Sequence record: PV660453
Source of the DNA: Escherichia phage LF82-10
Length of the DNA: 52,895 nucleotides
Strand: one strand, 5' to 3'
Shown here piece after piece: positions 1 through 10,175 of the stretch. The translations under genes and the position numbers were made by a program. The notes beneath the pieces were generated by a model. That model saw only the letters and a list, made by a program, of their open reading frames with translations, had not been told where the DNA came from and did no database searches. Numbering within the stretch: the stretch's first letter is position 1; each line of letters starts with the position of its first letter.

Positions 1-555
1 ATGTCACATGAAGAAGATAACGAATGGAAAAGCACGAGCGGCGCAGCCAATGAAGCGATCAAGAAAGGGAACTTTAAAGCACTGTATAACAAGAAGTATG
101 GCGACTTGTTTACGGTTTCAAAAAACCATGCTTTCACGCCTGAGCAGCTTTTTGATATGGCTGTTAAATACTTCACCTGGGCGGAAGAGAACGCGCTTAA
201 AGCAGCGGAAACGGCAAGCTTTCAGGGCATTGTGACTGAGAACCTCGTGCATAAGGTGCGCGTATTCACCCTTAACGGACTGTGCCTATTTTGCGGAATC
301 ACAGCCAACGCGATCCACAACTGGCGCAAGCAACCCGGATTTGGTGACGTGGTGGAGTTTATCGACAACGTGATCTATGAGCAGAAATTCCAGCTTGCGG
401 CTAACGGCATCATCAACGCCAGCTTTATTGGCAAGGAGATCGGCATTGATAAAGCGCCGGAAATTAACGTTGCAGCGACGGCGGCGGCTTCTGTTTCAGC
501 GCCAACCACTGAGGAAGTTAAAGACGCGGTGCGTGATATCCTGGGGGAATTATGA
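1..555 (+). CDS. putative terminase small subunit
   Basis: ATG at 1 with SD AAGGAGGG at window end; 184 aa; stop overlaps next start (ATGA 552-555); assigned by position upstream of terminase large subunit only. Confidence 0.4.
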   Translation: MSHEEDNEWKSTSGAANEAIKKGNFKALYNKKYGDLFTVSKNHAFTPEQLFDMAVKYFTWAEENALKAAETASFQGIVTENLVHKVRVFTLNGLCLFCGITANAIHNWRKQPGFGDVVEFIDNVIYEQKFQLAANGIINASFIGKEIGIDKAPEINVAATAAASVSAPTTEEVKDAVRDILGEL

Positions 556-2141
556 TCCAGTGGGAAGACTTGACGGCGGCGCATAAAGCCGCCATTAAAG
601 CGATGAGTGAAACATCGTTCGAGAAGATGCTGCGGATCTGGTTCCAGTTATGCCAGGCGCAGAAGTTCCAAAGCAACTGGCACTTTACCTATCTGTGCTG
701 GAAGGTTGAGCAGATCATCAAGGGTGAGGCTCAAAACGTGATATTCAACATCACGCCAGGATCGGGCAAAACTGAAATCTTCTCTATCCACATGCCTGTT
801 TACGGAATGCTGAAGAGTCCGAAGGTTAGAAACCTAAACCTTTCGTTTTCCGATAGCCTCGTGAAAGATAACGGCATTCGCACGCGTGAGATCATCGGCT
901 CTGACGAATTCCAGGAGCTATGGCCTTGCAAGATGGCGAAAGCCAGCGGTGGAGATATCACGGCGCTAAACGACAACCAGAAAGCGTGGCTTACGCTAAC
1001 CTCCCGCGCCATTGGTGGGCAGGTAACGGGTAAGCGTGGCGGTTACATGGATGATCCTAACAAGCCGTGGGAGTTTACCGGGATGTTGACGCTTGACGAC
1101 CCGGATAAGCCAAAGGATATGTTTTCCGCGATCAAGCGCAAGGCCGCGCACACCTTGCTGAAGAACACCGTGCGATCGCGGCGAATGACAGACCGCACGC
1201 CATGTGTTGTGGTTCAGCAGCGCCTACACGTCAACGATTCAACATGGTTCTTGATGAATGGCGGTATGGGCGGTATGAAGTTTGAGCAGGTTATTATTCC
1301 GGCTCTCGTAACTGAGGAATATAGAGACACGCTTCCTGACTGGTTGAAAGAAGAGTTTGACAATGACGTTTTATCGTCCGATCCGGTCTATATTGACGGC
1401 GTGGCGCATTACTCGTTTTGGCCTGCAAAGGAAAGCGCTGAAAGCCTGTTAGCTTTGCGCGAAGCTGATCTCTACACGTTTGAATCTCAGTACCAGCAGA
1501 AGCCGATCGCGCTTGGTGGTAACGCGTTTAAAGCGGAATGGTTCAAGTATTACGGAGAAAGCGAGAAAGCTGATTTTCCAGTGCCTGACCGCTTCGAATA
1601 CCTGTTTACAACGGCTGATACCGCTCAGAAGGCCGAAGAGATTCACGACTTTTCAGTTTTCGTGTTGTGGGGTAAATATCGCGATCGAATCTATTTCGTC
1701 GATGGGATTCGCGGGAAGTGGGAGGCACCTGATCTGGAAAAGGCCGCGCTGGGCTTCTACAACGAGTCATTCCTGAAGGCTAAGAAGATGAAGGTTGCGA
1801 TCAGAAAGGTTTACATCGAAGACAAGGCGAGCGGAACGGGATTGATTCAGTCGATTAACAAGAAATTGCCGATCGACATTACGCCAGTTCAGCGAAACAC
1901 GGATAAGGTAACGCGAGCTATGGATGCAGCGCCGATACTCAAGTCCGGGCGAGTTGTATTCCCTGATGATCACCCAATGCTTACAGAAATGGAGGCGGAG
2001 TTGGTGGGGTTCACCTTCGACGATAGTCACCCTCACGACGATATAGTTGATAACGTGGTTGACGCGGCAAACTTCGAAATGAACTTGCTTGATGATCCGG
2101 TAGAGCGCATGAAACGCTTAGCAGGAATGAAGAAACAGTGA
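552..2141 (+). CDS. terminase large subunit
   Basis: 529 aa; Walker A-like motif ITPGSGKTE; size and position before portal gene. Confidence 0.8.
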   Translation: MIQWEDLTAAHKAAIKAMSETSFEKMLRIWFQLCQAQKFQSNWHFTYLCWKVEQIIKGEAQNVIFNITPGSGKTEIFSIHMPVYGMLKSPKVRNLNLSFSDSLVKDNGIRTREIIGSDEFQELWPCKMAKASGGDITALNDNQKAWLTLTSRAIGGQVTGKRGGYMDDPNKPWEFTGMLTLDDPDKPKDMFSAIKRKAAHTLLKNTVRSRRMTDRTPCVVVQQRLHVNDSTWFLMNGGMGGMKFEQVIIPALVTEEYRDTLPDWLKEEFDNDVLSSDPVYIDGVAHYSFWPAKESAESLLALREADLYTFESQYQQKPIALGGNAFKAEWFKYYGESEKADFPVPDRFEYLFTTADTAQKAEEIHDFSVFVLWGKYRDRIYFVDGIRGKWEAPDLEKAALGFYNESFLKAKKMKVAIRKVYIEDKASGTGLIQSINKKLPIDITPVQRNTDKVTRAMDAAPILKSGRVVFPDDHPMLTEMEAELVGFTFDDSHPHDDIVDNVVDAANFEMNLLDDPVERMKRLAGMKKQ

Positions 2142-2148
2142 TATAATC

Positions 2149-2176
2149 AGCCGGGCTAATAACCCGGCTTTTTTAT
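2149..2176 (+). terminator. intrinsic terminator-like hairpin between terminase and portal genes
   Basis: GCCGGG-CTAATAA-CCCGGC followed by TTTTTTATT. Confidence 0.5.
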
Positions 2177-2189
2177 TGAGGAAATCGCT

Positions 2190-3506
2190 ATGACTAAGCA
2201 GAAAAAGCCCGTCAAAATGGACTCGTACAACGAGACATTCAAGGGCGCAGGTACAGACCGCGCGCACAGCGGCCTAAACTATTATTACAACGTCACGCAG
2301 TTCTACATTGACAACCCGCTAGCCCGTAAGATTATCGACGTTATACCGGAGGAAATGGTTTTTCCTGGGTTCGGTATCGACGGCGAAACGGATGAGAAGG
2401 AATTTAAATCCCGATGGGATGCGCTGAAGATGAACGAGCAGATTGTTGAAGCGTTTGCGTGGGAACGCCTTTACGGTGGCTCAGCAATCGTGGCTGTGAT
2501 CAATGACCGCCGCGCGCTCACTTCGCCAGCCAAAGAGGGTGCCCCGCTTGAGTCTATCCGAGTGTACGAAAAGGAGCAGGTCAAGATCCAGACGCGAGAA
2601 ACCAACCCGCGTAATGTTCGCTACGGTATGCCGAAGACGTACACCATCAACCCTGGTGGCTCTATGCCTGAGTACGAGATCCACTATTCGCGAATCTACA
2701 TCAACGATGGTGATCGCGTGCCCGGTTCGGTTCGCCGTCAAAATGAGGGGTGGGGTGCTTCCGTTCTTTCTCGCGGAATGATTGATGCCATCACGGACTA
2801 TGACTACTGCGAAGAGCTTGCAACTCAGCTTTTACGCCGTAAGCAGCAAGCGGTGTGGAAGGCTCGCGGCCTGGCTGATTTATGCGATGATGATGAAGGG
2901 CGCTACGCGGCACGAATCAGGCTTGCTCAGGTTGACGATAACAGCGGCGTTGGGCGTGCGGTTGGTATTGATGCCACGGATGAAGAGTACGAAATCTTGA
3001 ACTCCGATATCAACGGCGTTGACGCTTTTCTTGATAAGAAAATGGATCGCATCGTGAACTATTCCGGCATCCATGAAATCATCCTGAAGAATAAGAACGT
3101 GGGCGGCGTTTCAGCGAGCCAAAACACGGCGCTTGAGACATTCTACAAGATGATTGACCGCCGCCGTAACGAGCGATACAGGCCGCTTCTGGAGTGGTTG
3201 TTGCCGTTCATGATTCAAGAGCAAGAATGGTCTATCCGGTTCGACCCTCTCTCTATGCCGTCAGAGAAAGAACAGGCTGAGACATTCGAGCGTTACACCA
3301 ATGCGGTTGACAAGCTGATCACGAATCAGGCTATTGACACCGAAGAGGCGCGCGATACACTTGAATCTGTTTCTGATGTGCTCAAGCTGAAATCCGGCTT
3401 GCCGAAGTTGCCGCCGCGCGATAAGACTGGCAAAGATCAGCAGGGTAAAGAGAAAGTAACCACACTGCCAAAAGGGGCTACAGATGAAGGTTCAGGGGAT
3501 AGCTAA
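2190..3506 (+). CDS. portal protein
   Basis: 438 aa directly after terminase; preceded by terminator hairpin 2149-2176. Confidence 0.7.
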   Translation: MTKQKKPVKMDSYNETFKGAGTDRAHSGLNYYYNVTQFYIDNPLARKIIDVIPEEMVFPGFGIDGETDEKEFKSRWDALKMNEQIVEAFAWERLYGGSAIVAVINDRRALTSPAKEGAPLESIRVYEKEQVKIQTRETNPRNVRYGMPKTYTINPGGSMPEYEIHYSRIYINDGDRVPGSVRRQNEGWGASVLSRGMIDAITDYDYCEELATQLLRRKQQAVWKARGLADLCDDDEGRYAARIRLAQVDDNSGVGRAVGIDATDEEYEILNSDINGVDAFLDKKMDRIVNYSGIHEIILKNKNVGGVSASQNTALETFYKMIDRRRNERYRPLLEWLLPFMIQEQEWSIRFDPLSMPSEKEQAETFERYTNAVDKLITNQAIDTEEARDTLESVSDVLKLKSGLPKLPPRDKTGKDQQGKEKVTTLPKGATDEGSGDS

Positions 3507-4248
3507 ACAGTGGCGCTATCCAGAAGCAAGCGAGCGGGAATTATCCCGCTCTCTGGCAACGTTCGCGGGTGAGCTTATCGTGTTTGCTCGCGATCAACTG
3601 GATAAGATGAAGTTTGACGCTAGCGCCGATGAGATAGATCAGGCAGAAAGCGAGCTTGAAGATTACGCCGCGTATCTGATCGCAGGTCTGATGGCCTTGC
3701 TTCCATCGCTGGCGCTGAAGATTTACCGCTTCAACTCGCAGCAGTTTATTGATGTTGCCAAATCTGCTGGCGGGAAAAAGAATCCGGTTGTGGTTCTGCT
3801 TATCGCTCTGGGATATAACGCTAACGAGCCGTGGTATCGTGAGAAAGAAGATAACTGGCTATCTCTCACAGAGGCAAGTTATCGTAAGCTGGCGAATGAT
3901 ATCATTGCTGACTGGTCTAACACCGTAAGGATGGAAAACGCCAAAGGCAAGAGCCGTGAGTATATCGACGATGTGATTGAGCAGCGTTACAAGGTGTATA
4001 CTGGCTGGACGGTAAACAGATCTCGTGGAATCGTTGCGACTTGGAATAGTTTACTGATGCGCGCGCGCCTGGAAGATTCAGGAGTGACGCATTATTTTTG
4101 GCATGGTAAACTTGACGAACGCGAGCGCCTTAAGCACTTGTTATGGGAGAACAAACGAATCGCCATAAACAGCGATCACGTATTCCCAGGTGAAGAATAC
4201 GGTTGCCGATGCTGGGCAACTCCTGACTTTTACAATATCGAGGAATGA
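3484..4248 (+). CDS. minor head protein (Mu F / SPP1 gp7-like head morphogenesis)
   Basis: 254 aa after portal; C-terminal FPGEEYGCRCWATPDF-type motif typical of Mu F-like proteins; overlaps portal stop. Confidence 0.5.
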   Translation: MKVQGIAKQWRYPEASERELSRSLATFAGELIVFARDQLDKMKFDASADEIDQAESELEDYAAYLIAGLMALLPSLALKIYRFNSQQFIDVAKSAGGKKNPVVVLLIALGYNANEPWYREKEDNWLSLTEASYRKLANDIIADWSNTVRMENAKGKSREYIDDVIEQRYKVYTGWTVNRSRGIVATWNSLLMRARLEDSGVTHYFWHGKLDERERLKHLLWENKRIAINSDHVFPGEEYGCRCWATPDFYNIEE

Positions 4249-5375
4249 AAATGACCACTAAACAACGCTATGATAGCGCACCAATCAAGGCACGATTCGA
4301 TTCAAACGGATATCTTCATGATGAGCCAATCATCGCGCGAATCGGCATTCAATCGTACATGAAACCAGATGGAACCATGCAGCGTGAATTTCGCCCGGCT
4401 AGCGAGGTATTCAGCGAGAAGTCAATGAAGTCTTTTCAAGGGATGCCGATTGTTGAAGGTCACAAGGAGATCACCGTTAAGAACGCGCGAGGTGAGGTTG
4501 TTGGCGCGGTGAGCGGAGCGGCGCGCCGTGACGGAATCGGCTTGCTGTGCCCGATCGTAATTCACGATGGTGAATCAATCGAAAGCGCCAAACGAGGCGA
4601 TGCTGCTGAATTATCCGTAGGCTACAAAACAAACGATATTCATCGCGCCGGGTGGGGCAACGTGGTTACTGGTGAGTACGTATTCAAAGACGATGCGGAA
4701 ATGATGGAGAAGATTTTCCCCAGCGGAACCACGATGAGTGACGAATGGGAAGAGTTCGACGTGCTTCAAACAAACATCGTGCCCAACCACATCGCGAAGG
4801 TTCACAAAGGCCGCGCCGGAATCGCTCGTTTAAACCTTGACGGCTCCGAGGAAATCAAGTACGATTCAAGCGTTGACAATCAACCATCAAAGGAAAATGT
4901 TATGACCGTTAAAATTAAGATCGACTCCGCAGAAGTGGAAGTAACACAGGATGTGGCAAACCACATCGAAGCGCTGAAGGCAACCGCAACGGCAGCCAAA
5001 ACAAAGGCTGATACTCTGGAAGCAGAGCGCGACTCACTGAAAGTTAAGGTTGACGGCCTCCCGGCACTGATTGAAGCCGCGATCGCCGAAGCGAAAACAA
5101 AAGCCGATGCAGAAAACGAAATCAAAACTTTCGCCACTGAAATTGGCGTTAAGTGTGACGGCCTGGATAACAAAGCGATTAAAGTTGCAGTTATCAAAGA
5201 GGTGTTAGGTATCGACGCAGCAGAGAAAAGCGATGCTTATATTGATCAGTCATTTGAAATCGCGCGCGATTCTGATAAGATGGCGGCTAATCGCGTTAAA
5301 ATCTCCGGCTCTAACGGCAAGGAAGACGGCGCTGATACTGGCATCCCTGATGCTCAGGCTCGTTTCCGCAAGTAA
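4245..5375 (+). CDS. capsid scaffolding protein (possibly protease-scaffold)
   Basis: 376 aa; C-terminal Ala/Lys/Glu-rich coiled-coil-like region (EALKATATAAKTKADTLEAERDSLKVKV); position between portal/MuF and capsid genes. Confidence 0.5.
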   Translation: MKMTTKQRYDSAPIKARFDSNGYLHDEPIIARIGIQSYMKPDGTMQREFRPASEVFSEKSMKSFQGMPIVEGHKEITVKNARGEVVGAVSGAARRDGIGLLCPIVIHDGESIESAKRGDAAELSVGYKTNDIHRAGWGNVVTGEYVFKDDAEMMEKIFPSGTTMSDEWEEFDVLQTNIVPNHIAKVHKGRAGIARLNLDGSEEIKYDSSVDNQPSKENVMTVKIKIDSAEVEVTQDVANHIEALKATATAAKTKADTLEAERDSLKVKVDGLPALIEAAIAEAKTKADAENEIKTFATEIGVKCDGLDNKAIKVAVIKEVLGIDAAEKSDAYIDQSFEIARDSDKMAANRVKISGSNGKEDGADTGIPDAQARFRK

Positions 5376-5433
5376 TAAAACAAGCGGCTGAAATATGCCG
5401 CTTCACTCTCTCTGAAGAAAAGGAAAAATAATC

Positions 5434-5967
5434 ATGGCACTTATTCAAGCAAGCTACACCGTTCACCGTTCAAAGGCATACGCTGGTATGCACGCCGACA
5501 CCTCAGCTTACAACATCGACGGCACTTGCTGCGCTGGTGTTGACAAACTCCCGGTTGGCGTATTCGTCGCACTCGATCCGGCTGGCGGCGTTGTTGACGG
5601 TCACAAGGTAGTAACCAACGTTATCGACACTGCGGCAAGCAACCCTAATCTGGTTGGCGCAACTCTGATGAGCCACGCTTATTCACCTGAAGGTGTTTAC
5701 GATGAAGGTTCAGCAGTGAACGTAATGACCGCCGGGCGCATTTGGGTGCTGTGTGCTAAGTCTTTGGCTGATGCAAACAAGGCATTCAACGTTCAGGTTA
5801 ACATTAACGCAAAAGGTGAAGTTGTTAACCCTGGCTCCGGCGCAATCGGCACTGTTTACACCACCACTGGCGAATGGCTGAAGACTGACGATCCGAATTA
5901 CGACCTGATCAAGGTTCAGCTTACACAGGCTCAGTTCCAGCTTCCGGCATCCGGTGGCGGCGCGTAA
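5434..5967 (+). CDS. hypothetical capsid accessory/decoration protein
   Basis: 177 aa between scaffold and major capsid gene (lambda D-like position); followed by strong terminator; function by synteny only. Confidence 0.3.
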   Translation: MALIQASYTVHRSKAYAGMHADTSAYNIDGTCCAGVDKLPVGVFVALDPAGGVVDGHKVVTNVIDTAASNPNLVGATLMSHAYSPEGVYDEGSAVNVMTAGRIWVLCAKSLADANKAFNVQVNINAKGEVVNPGSGAIGTVYTTTGEWLKTDDPNYDLIKVQLTQAQFQLPASGGGA

Positions 5968-5974
5968 TTAAACA

Positions 5975-5998
5975 GGGAGCTTCGGCTCCCTTTTTATT
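5975..5998 (+). terminator. intrinsic terminator
   Basis: GGGAGC-TTCG-GCTCCC then TTTTTATTT. Confidence 0.6.
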
Positions 5999-6019
5999 TA
6001 TGTCTACCACAAAAAGATA

Positions 6020-6047
6020 TTGACCGTTTAGCAAAAAGTGCTATTAT
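6020..6047 (+). promoter_or_regulatory. sigma70-like promoter of major capsid gene (TTGACC-16-TATTAT) with TAGCA-box in spacer
   Basis: hexamers at 6020-6025 and 6042-6047; box TAGCAAAAAGTGCTA at 6029-6043. Confidence 0.5.
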
Positions 6048-6090
6048 TGACGCGTGACCTAATCACGCATTCAATCAAAAGGAAAATGTT

Positions 6091-7044
6091 ATGACCATGA
6101 AACTTGATTCATTCGAGCAGAACGAAATTACGGTAGGCCTTCGCAAGATGGGTGTTGCGGCAAGCAAAGCGGATCGCCTGGGTATCTGGACTGTAGAGCA
6201 GATGAAGCAGACGCTTAAGCGTCAGTATGAAGCGGCTTATCCCGAAACATCAGCGCTGGCGCTCTTCCCGGTTACAACCGAAATTGCACCAACAACCCGC
6301 ATCTTCGAATACATGAAGATTGACGGCGTGACCATGGCGAAAATCATCGCGGATTATACTGACGATCTGCCTCTGGTTGATGCGACCCATAGCCTGGAAA
6401 CAGGCCGCGTACACCGCCTGGGTAACGCGTGGATGATTTCCATTGACGAAATCAAAACTGGTGCGGCGCTGGGTTCTTCCCTGTCTGACCGCAAGGCAAC
6501 ACTGGCGCGCGAAGCGCACGAAACGCTGGTGAATACTCTGGTGTTCCAGGGTTCCAAGCCTCACAAAATTCTGTCTGTGTTCGACAACCCGAACATCACC
6601 CGCGTAACTTCAGCGGCTGGCGCGTGGGCTGACCCTGAAAAGGCAAGCGACGAACTGACGGATCTGATTGAGAAAATGGAAACCCTGACCAAAGGCAAGC
6701 ACAAGATCACCGATATTGTGATCCCGCCTTCTCAGCGTAAGATCCTGGCTAAGCGCATGCCGGAAACCACGATGAGTTACTTGCAGTGGTTTGAGTCTCA
6801 GAACGGCGGTATCACAATTAGCTCAATCTCTGAGCTTGAAGATATCGACGGCATCGGTACCAAAGGCATTCTTGCCTACGAGAAAGACCCGATGAACATG
6901 AGCATCGAGATCCCGGAAGCATTCAACATGCTCCCAATGCAGCCTAAAGACCTGCATTTCAAAGTGCCTTGTACGTCCAAGACTACTGGCCTGATCGTTT
7001 ATCGTCCTCTGACGATTATCTTGCTGGTTGGCGTAGGTAAGTAA
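6091..7044 (+). CDS. major capsid protein
   Basis: 317 aa; own promoter (TTGACC-16-TATTAT, 6020-6047) and flanking terminators imply high expression; size and position. Confidence 0.65.
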   Translation: MTMKLDSFEQNEITVGLRKMGVAASKADRLGIWTVEQMKQTLKRQYEAAYPETSALALFPVTTEIAPTTRIFEYMKIDGVTMAKIIADYTDDLPLVDATHSLETGRVHRLGNAWMISIDEIKTGAALGSSLSDRKATLAREAHETLVNTLVFQGSKPHKILSVFDNPNITRVTSAAGAWADPEKASDELTDLIEKMETLTKGKHKITDIVIPPSQRKILAKRMPETTMSYLQWFESQNGGITISSISELEDIDGIGTKGILAYEKDPMNMSIEIPEAFNMLPMQPKDLHFKVPCTSKTTGLIVYRPLTIILLVGVGK

Positions 7045-7049
7045 GACGA

Positions 7050-7079
7050 AGCCCCTGATTAATTTCAGGGGCTTTTTTG
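7050..7079 (+). terminator. intrinsic terminator after major capsid gene
   Basis: AGCCCCTGA-TTAATT-TCAGGGGCT then TTTTTTG. Confidence 0.6.
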
Positions 7080-7147
7080 TTGACACGCTGCCGGAAAGTT
7101 TTGTATATTGACGGCTCACAAACAAGTAAACCAAAAGGTGAATTATC

Positions 7148-7414
7148 ATGGCTGCAAAGAAAAACGTAATGAAGAACATTGGCGCTTGCCTGGTGCGTAT
7201 CGGCATGGTGGATGTTAAGCCGAACGAAACGATTGAGCTGACAGACGAACAGCTAAATTCACAGGGTGTTAAATCCCTGCTACACCGTGAGGTTTTGGAG
7301 TTCGAAGATGATCCGAAGCGCACGCGTGAACTTCTCGAAGTGATTCGCAAGAAGGCGAAACCAAAAGAAGAGAAGACCATTGAACAGCGTGAGAAAGCGC
7401 CGGATATCGAATAA
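7148..7414 (+). CDS. hypothetical head protein
   Basis: 88 aa, ATG with SD AAGGTG, flanked by terminators. Confidence 0.35.
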   Translation: MAAKKNVMKNIGACLVRIGMVDVKPNETIELTDEQLNSQGVKSLLHREVLEFEDDPKRTRELLEVIRKKAKPKEEKTIEQREKAPDIE

Positions 7415-7417
7415 CCG

Positions 7418-7446
7418 AAAGGGGGCGTAATGCTCCCTTTTTTTAT
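7418..7446 (+). terminator. intrinsic terminator
   Basis: AAGGGGGCG-TAA-TGCTCCCTT then TTTTTTT. Confidence 0.6.
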
Positions 7447-7460
7447 ACCTGGAGGAAACC

Positions 7461-7868
7461 ATGAACGAAGATGAAATGAAGATCGCAGAGATTATGCGAA
7501 AGCTTGCGCCAGCGCTAAAGAACGTGCCAGATCAGACGATTGTTGTTTGGATTAACCTTGCGGAAATGTTCGTGTGTGCCAATAAGTTTGGCGACAAGTA
7601 TCACCAGGCCGTCGCACTCTATACGATGCACCTGATGTTCCTTGATGGCGCGATGAAGGGCGAGAAAGAAACTCTTGAGAGTTATTCACGTCGTGTAACG
7701 TCATTCACTCTGAGCGGTGAATTTTCCACGAGCTACGGGGCAGTGACCGCCAATAATACCGGGCGATCAATCCATGATACGCCATGGGGCAAAATGTACG
7801 ATATTCTCAACAAGAAAAAAGGCGGCGGGTTCGGCCTGATTTCAGGAATCAGAGGTTGTGGGCGATGA
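7461..7868 (+). CDS. head-tail connector protein (putative)
   Basis: 135 aa; SD GGAGGAAACC before ATG; synteny. Confidence 0.4.
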   Translation: MNEDEMKIAEIMRKLAPALKNVPDQTIVVWINLAEMFVCANKFGDKYHQAVALYTMHLMFLDGAMKGEKETLESYSRRVTSFTLSGEFSTSYGAVTANNTGRSIHDTPWGKMYDILNKKKGGGFGLISGIRGCGR

Positions 7869-8245
7869 TAAATTATGCAGAGATTCAGAATCTGACCGAT
7901 CAGGGGATCAACGCTTTTGCTGGTGATGGCGGAGAGTTCGACGTGATCTTAACTGGTGGCGGCGTGCGGGTTGGCGACGATGGAAAGGAAATTGTCGTGC
8001 CGCCTCGGATGGGCAAAGTGCATGGCGCGGTTCGTGCGATCTCCTATCGCTACATCGACGGCGAAAACATACGGTTCGGTGACAAGCGCGCATTCTTCTC
8101 GAACGTCACGCCGCTTGAGAATGGAATGATCGTAATCATCGACGGCGAGCACTGGCGCATAGTTGACACGCGCCCGGTTAACCCTACACAAACGCACGTT
8201 ATCGCATATCGTCCTATACTGCGAAAGGTTGCGGCTCATGTCTAA
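7865..8245 (+). CDS. head-tail adaptor / head closure (putative)
   Basis: ATG at 7865 overlaps upstream stop (ATGA); 126 aa; synteny. Confidence 0.4.
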   Translation: MINYAEIQNLTDQGINAFAGDGGEFDVILTGGGVRVGDDGKEIVVPPRMGKVHGAVRAISYRYIDGENIRFGDKRAFFSNVTPLENGMIVIIDGEHWRIVDTRPVNPTQTHVIAYRPILRKVAAHV

Positions 8246-8681
8246 TTACCAGGTGCGCAAGTTTCACGGTGATATTTCTCGTTGGATTCTGCGCACTCAG
8301 AAGGGGCTAGAGGACGTGGTTAGAGAGTTCGTTAAATCGGTTCACGCGGAGCTTGTAAAGACCTCACCAGTAGATACAGGGCGATTCCGAGCTAACTGGC
8401 AGATAACCTATAACCACGTACCGCTATACGCTCTCAATGAGTACGACAAAACCGGAGAGAAAACGATCGCGTCAGGGGTTCGAATTGCAAACGCGTTGCC
8501 GTTGGGCAGAGGTGGCGCGGTTACTTCAATCTACTTTTCGAACATGTTAATCTATGCCAACGCGCTCGAATACGGGCATTCACGGCAAGCGCCAGCGGGT
8601 GTGCTGGGGTTGGTGGCGATACGCTTACGATCTCACATGGCGGCGGCGATTAAACAATCAAGGATTAAAAATGGTTTATGA
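8238..8681 (+). CDS. tail completion / neck protein (putative)
   Basis: in-frame ATG (MSNYQV...) at 8238 within ORF-track 8163..8681; synteny. Confidence 0.4.
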   Translation: MSNYQVRKFHGDISRWILRTQKGLEDVVREFVKSVHAELVKTSPVDTGRFRANWQITYNHVPLYALNEYDKTGEKTIASGVRIANALPLGRGGAVTSIYFSNMLIYANALEYGHSRQAPAGVLGLVAIRLRSHMAAAIKQSRIKNGL

Positions 8682-9081
8682 TGATCTGGATATGTCAGAG
8701 GCGGCGCGCTCCGCTCTCTTCGCTGAGTTCAGGCCGCGATTCGCCATCATGGCTGAAAACGTGGATTTCACAGAGCCTAGCCAGGGTCAGACCTGGCTAA
8801 AGTTCGACTACATCCCGGCTGATAAGATCTACCGCACTATTGACCGCAAGTGCATTTCTTTGCTTGCCATGGTTCAGATCGGCATAGTGTTTGCGCCGGG
8901 CAAGGGCATGACTGAGGCGCGCACCATTGCGAAAGAGATTGCAAACTTTTTCAGTGATGGTAAAATTCTCAACGTGGGTTATGTTTATGAGGGCGCAAGT
9001 TCTAAACCCGTACAGAAATCAGAGCGCGGCTGGATGTTACCAGTACGCTTCACAATGCGATACGATGAAAAGGAGCAGTAA
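8671..9081 (+). CDS. tail terminator-like protein (putative)
   Basis: in-frame ATG (MVYDDLD...) at 8671 preceded by SD-like AGGATT; 136 aa; synteny. Confidence 0.4.
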   Translation: MVYDDLDMSEAARSALFAEFRPRFAIMAENVDFTEPSQGQTWLKFDYIPADKIYRTIDRKCISLLAMVQIGIVFAPGKGMTEARTIAKEIANFFSDGKILNVGYVYEGASSKPVQKSERGWMLPVRFTMRYDEKEQ

Positions 9082-9083
9082 TT

Positions 9084-9764
9084 ATGGCACTTCCTAACGG
9101 TTCACAGGTCTTCATTGAGCAGACACGATCCATAACCGAAGTTGAAGCAACGAGCATCACCAACTCGAAAGAGCCAGTTGCGACGGTTGCCGATATTGGC
9201 GATCTGGTAAATGGTGATTACGTGCTGGTTCTCGAATCAGTATGGGCAGGTCTGAAAAACCGCGTCCTTCGCGTCAAGTCTATTGATGCGCTGAAGGTAA
9301 CTCTTGAGGGTGACGGCAGCACGGACACGAGCAACATCAACAAGTTCCCGGCTGGCGGCGCATCAACGCTGGTGAAGATCACAAGCTGGATTGAAATCCC
9401 ATGTATCAGCGACATCGCCAAAACTGGTGGCGAACAGCAGTTTTACACCAAGCAGTGTTTAGCTGATGAGCGAGAGAAGCAAACGCCAACCTTCAAGTCT
9501 GCAACGTCGATCGGCTACACGTTCGATTTCGACTACGCAAACCCGATTACTCAACTCCTGATCGGTTACGACGAAGACGGCAAAACCCGCGCGATGCGTA
9601 TGTTCGTTCCAAAGGCGAGCTACCCGATCCGCACCTTCTCTGGCGTGCCATCGTTCGACGATGTGCCAAACACGGTGATGAACGAAGACGAAACAACCGT
9701 CCTCAACATTTCCCTTGATGGCAAGTATACGCACATGAAGGAATATGTTGCACCGACACCATAA
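9084..9764 (+). CDS. major tail protein
   Basis: 226 aa immediately upstream of the chaperone-tape measure block; followed by terminator 9768-9797. Confidence 0.6.
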   Translation: MALPNGSQVFIEQTRSITEVEATSITNSKEPVATVADIGDLVNGDYVLVLESVWAGLKNRVLRVKSIDALKVTLEGDGSTDTSNINKFPAGGASTLVKITSWIEIPCISDIAKTGGEQQFYTKQCLADEREKQTPTFKSATSIGYTFDFDYANPITQLLIGYDEDGKTRAMRMFVPKASYPIRTFSGVPSFDDVPNTVMNEDETTVLNISLDGKYTHMKEYVAPTP

Positions 9765-9767
9765 TCC

Positions 9768-9797
9768 GAAGGGGGGCTATTGCTCCCCTTTTTCTTT
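9768..9797 (+). terminator. intrinsic terminator after major tail gene
   Basis: GGGGGGC-TAT-TGCTCCCC then TTTTTCTTTT. Confidence 0.6.
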
Positions 9798-9840
9798 TGT
9801 GATTTAATACGCGAAACACAACCAATCAGAGGATTTAATT

Positions 9841-10158
9841 ATGTCATTCAAAGTTAAACTGTCCGAGCGCCTCCCTGACTTCCCGCTTGATGTGAAATTC
9901 AACCTTCCGAACGGCACCGAGGCCGAAATTAAATTCACCGTCAAATCACTGAAGGCAAGCGAAGTTCAGGAGCTTTACACCAAGGCTGGCGAGGGCACTG
10001 GCGCTGAGTTCATTACCGCGCTGGCTACCGGGTGGAACCTGGAGGATGAATTTAACGAAGCCAACCAGAACGAGCTGGTAGACAGCTACCCGGCTGTAGT
10101 TCTTGCGCTGGTTTCCGCATACATGGAAGCGCTAGCGGGGTATCGAGCAAAAAACTAA
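9841..10158 (+). CDS. tail assembly chaperone (lambda gpG-like)
   Basis: 105 aa, acidic; ends in slippery heptamer A_AAA_AAC (10149-10155) just before TAA; directly upstream of tape measure. Confidence 0.65.
   Translation: MSFKVKLSERLPDFPLDVKFNLPNGTEAEIKFTVKSLKASEVQELYTKAGEGTGAEFITALATGWNLEDEFNEANQNELVDSYPAVVLALVSAYMEALAGYRAKN
10149..10155 (+). other. -1 programmed ribosomal frameshift slippery heptamer A_AAA_AAC
   Basis: X_XXY_YYZ heptamer in frame of 9841..10158, 1 nt before its TAA; -1 frame is open into 10176..10469. Confidence 0.6.
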
Positions 10159-10175
10159 AAAGGGCAGTCGAGCTA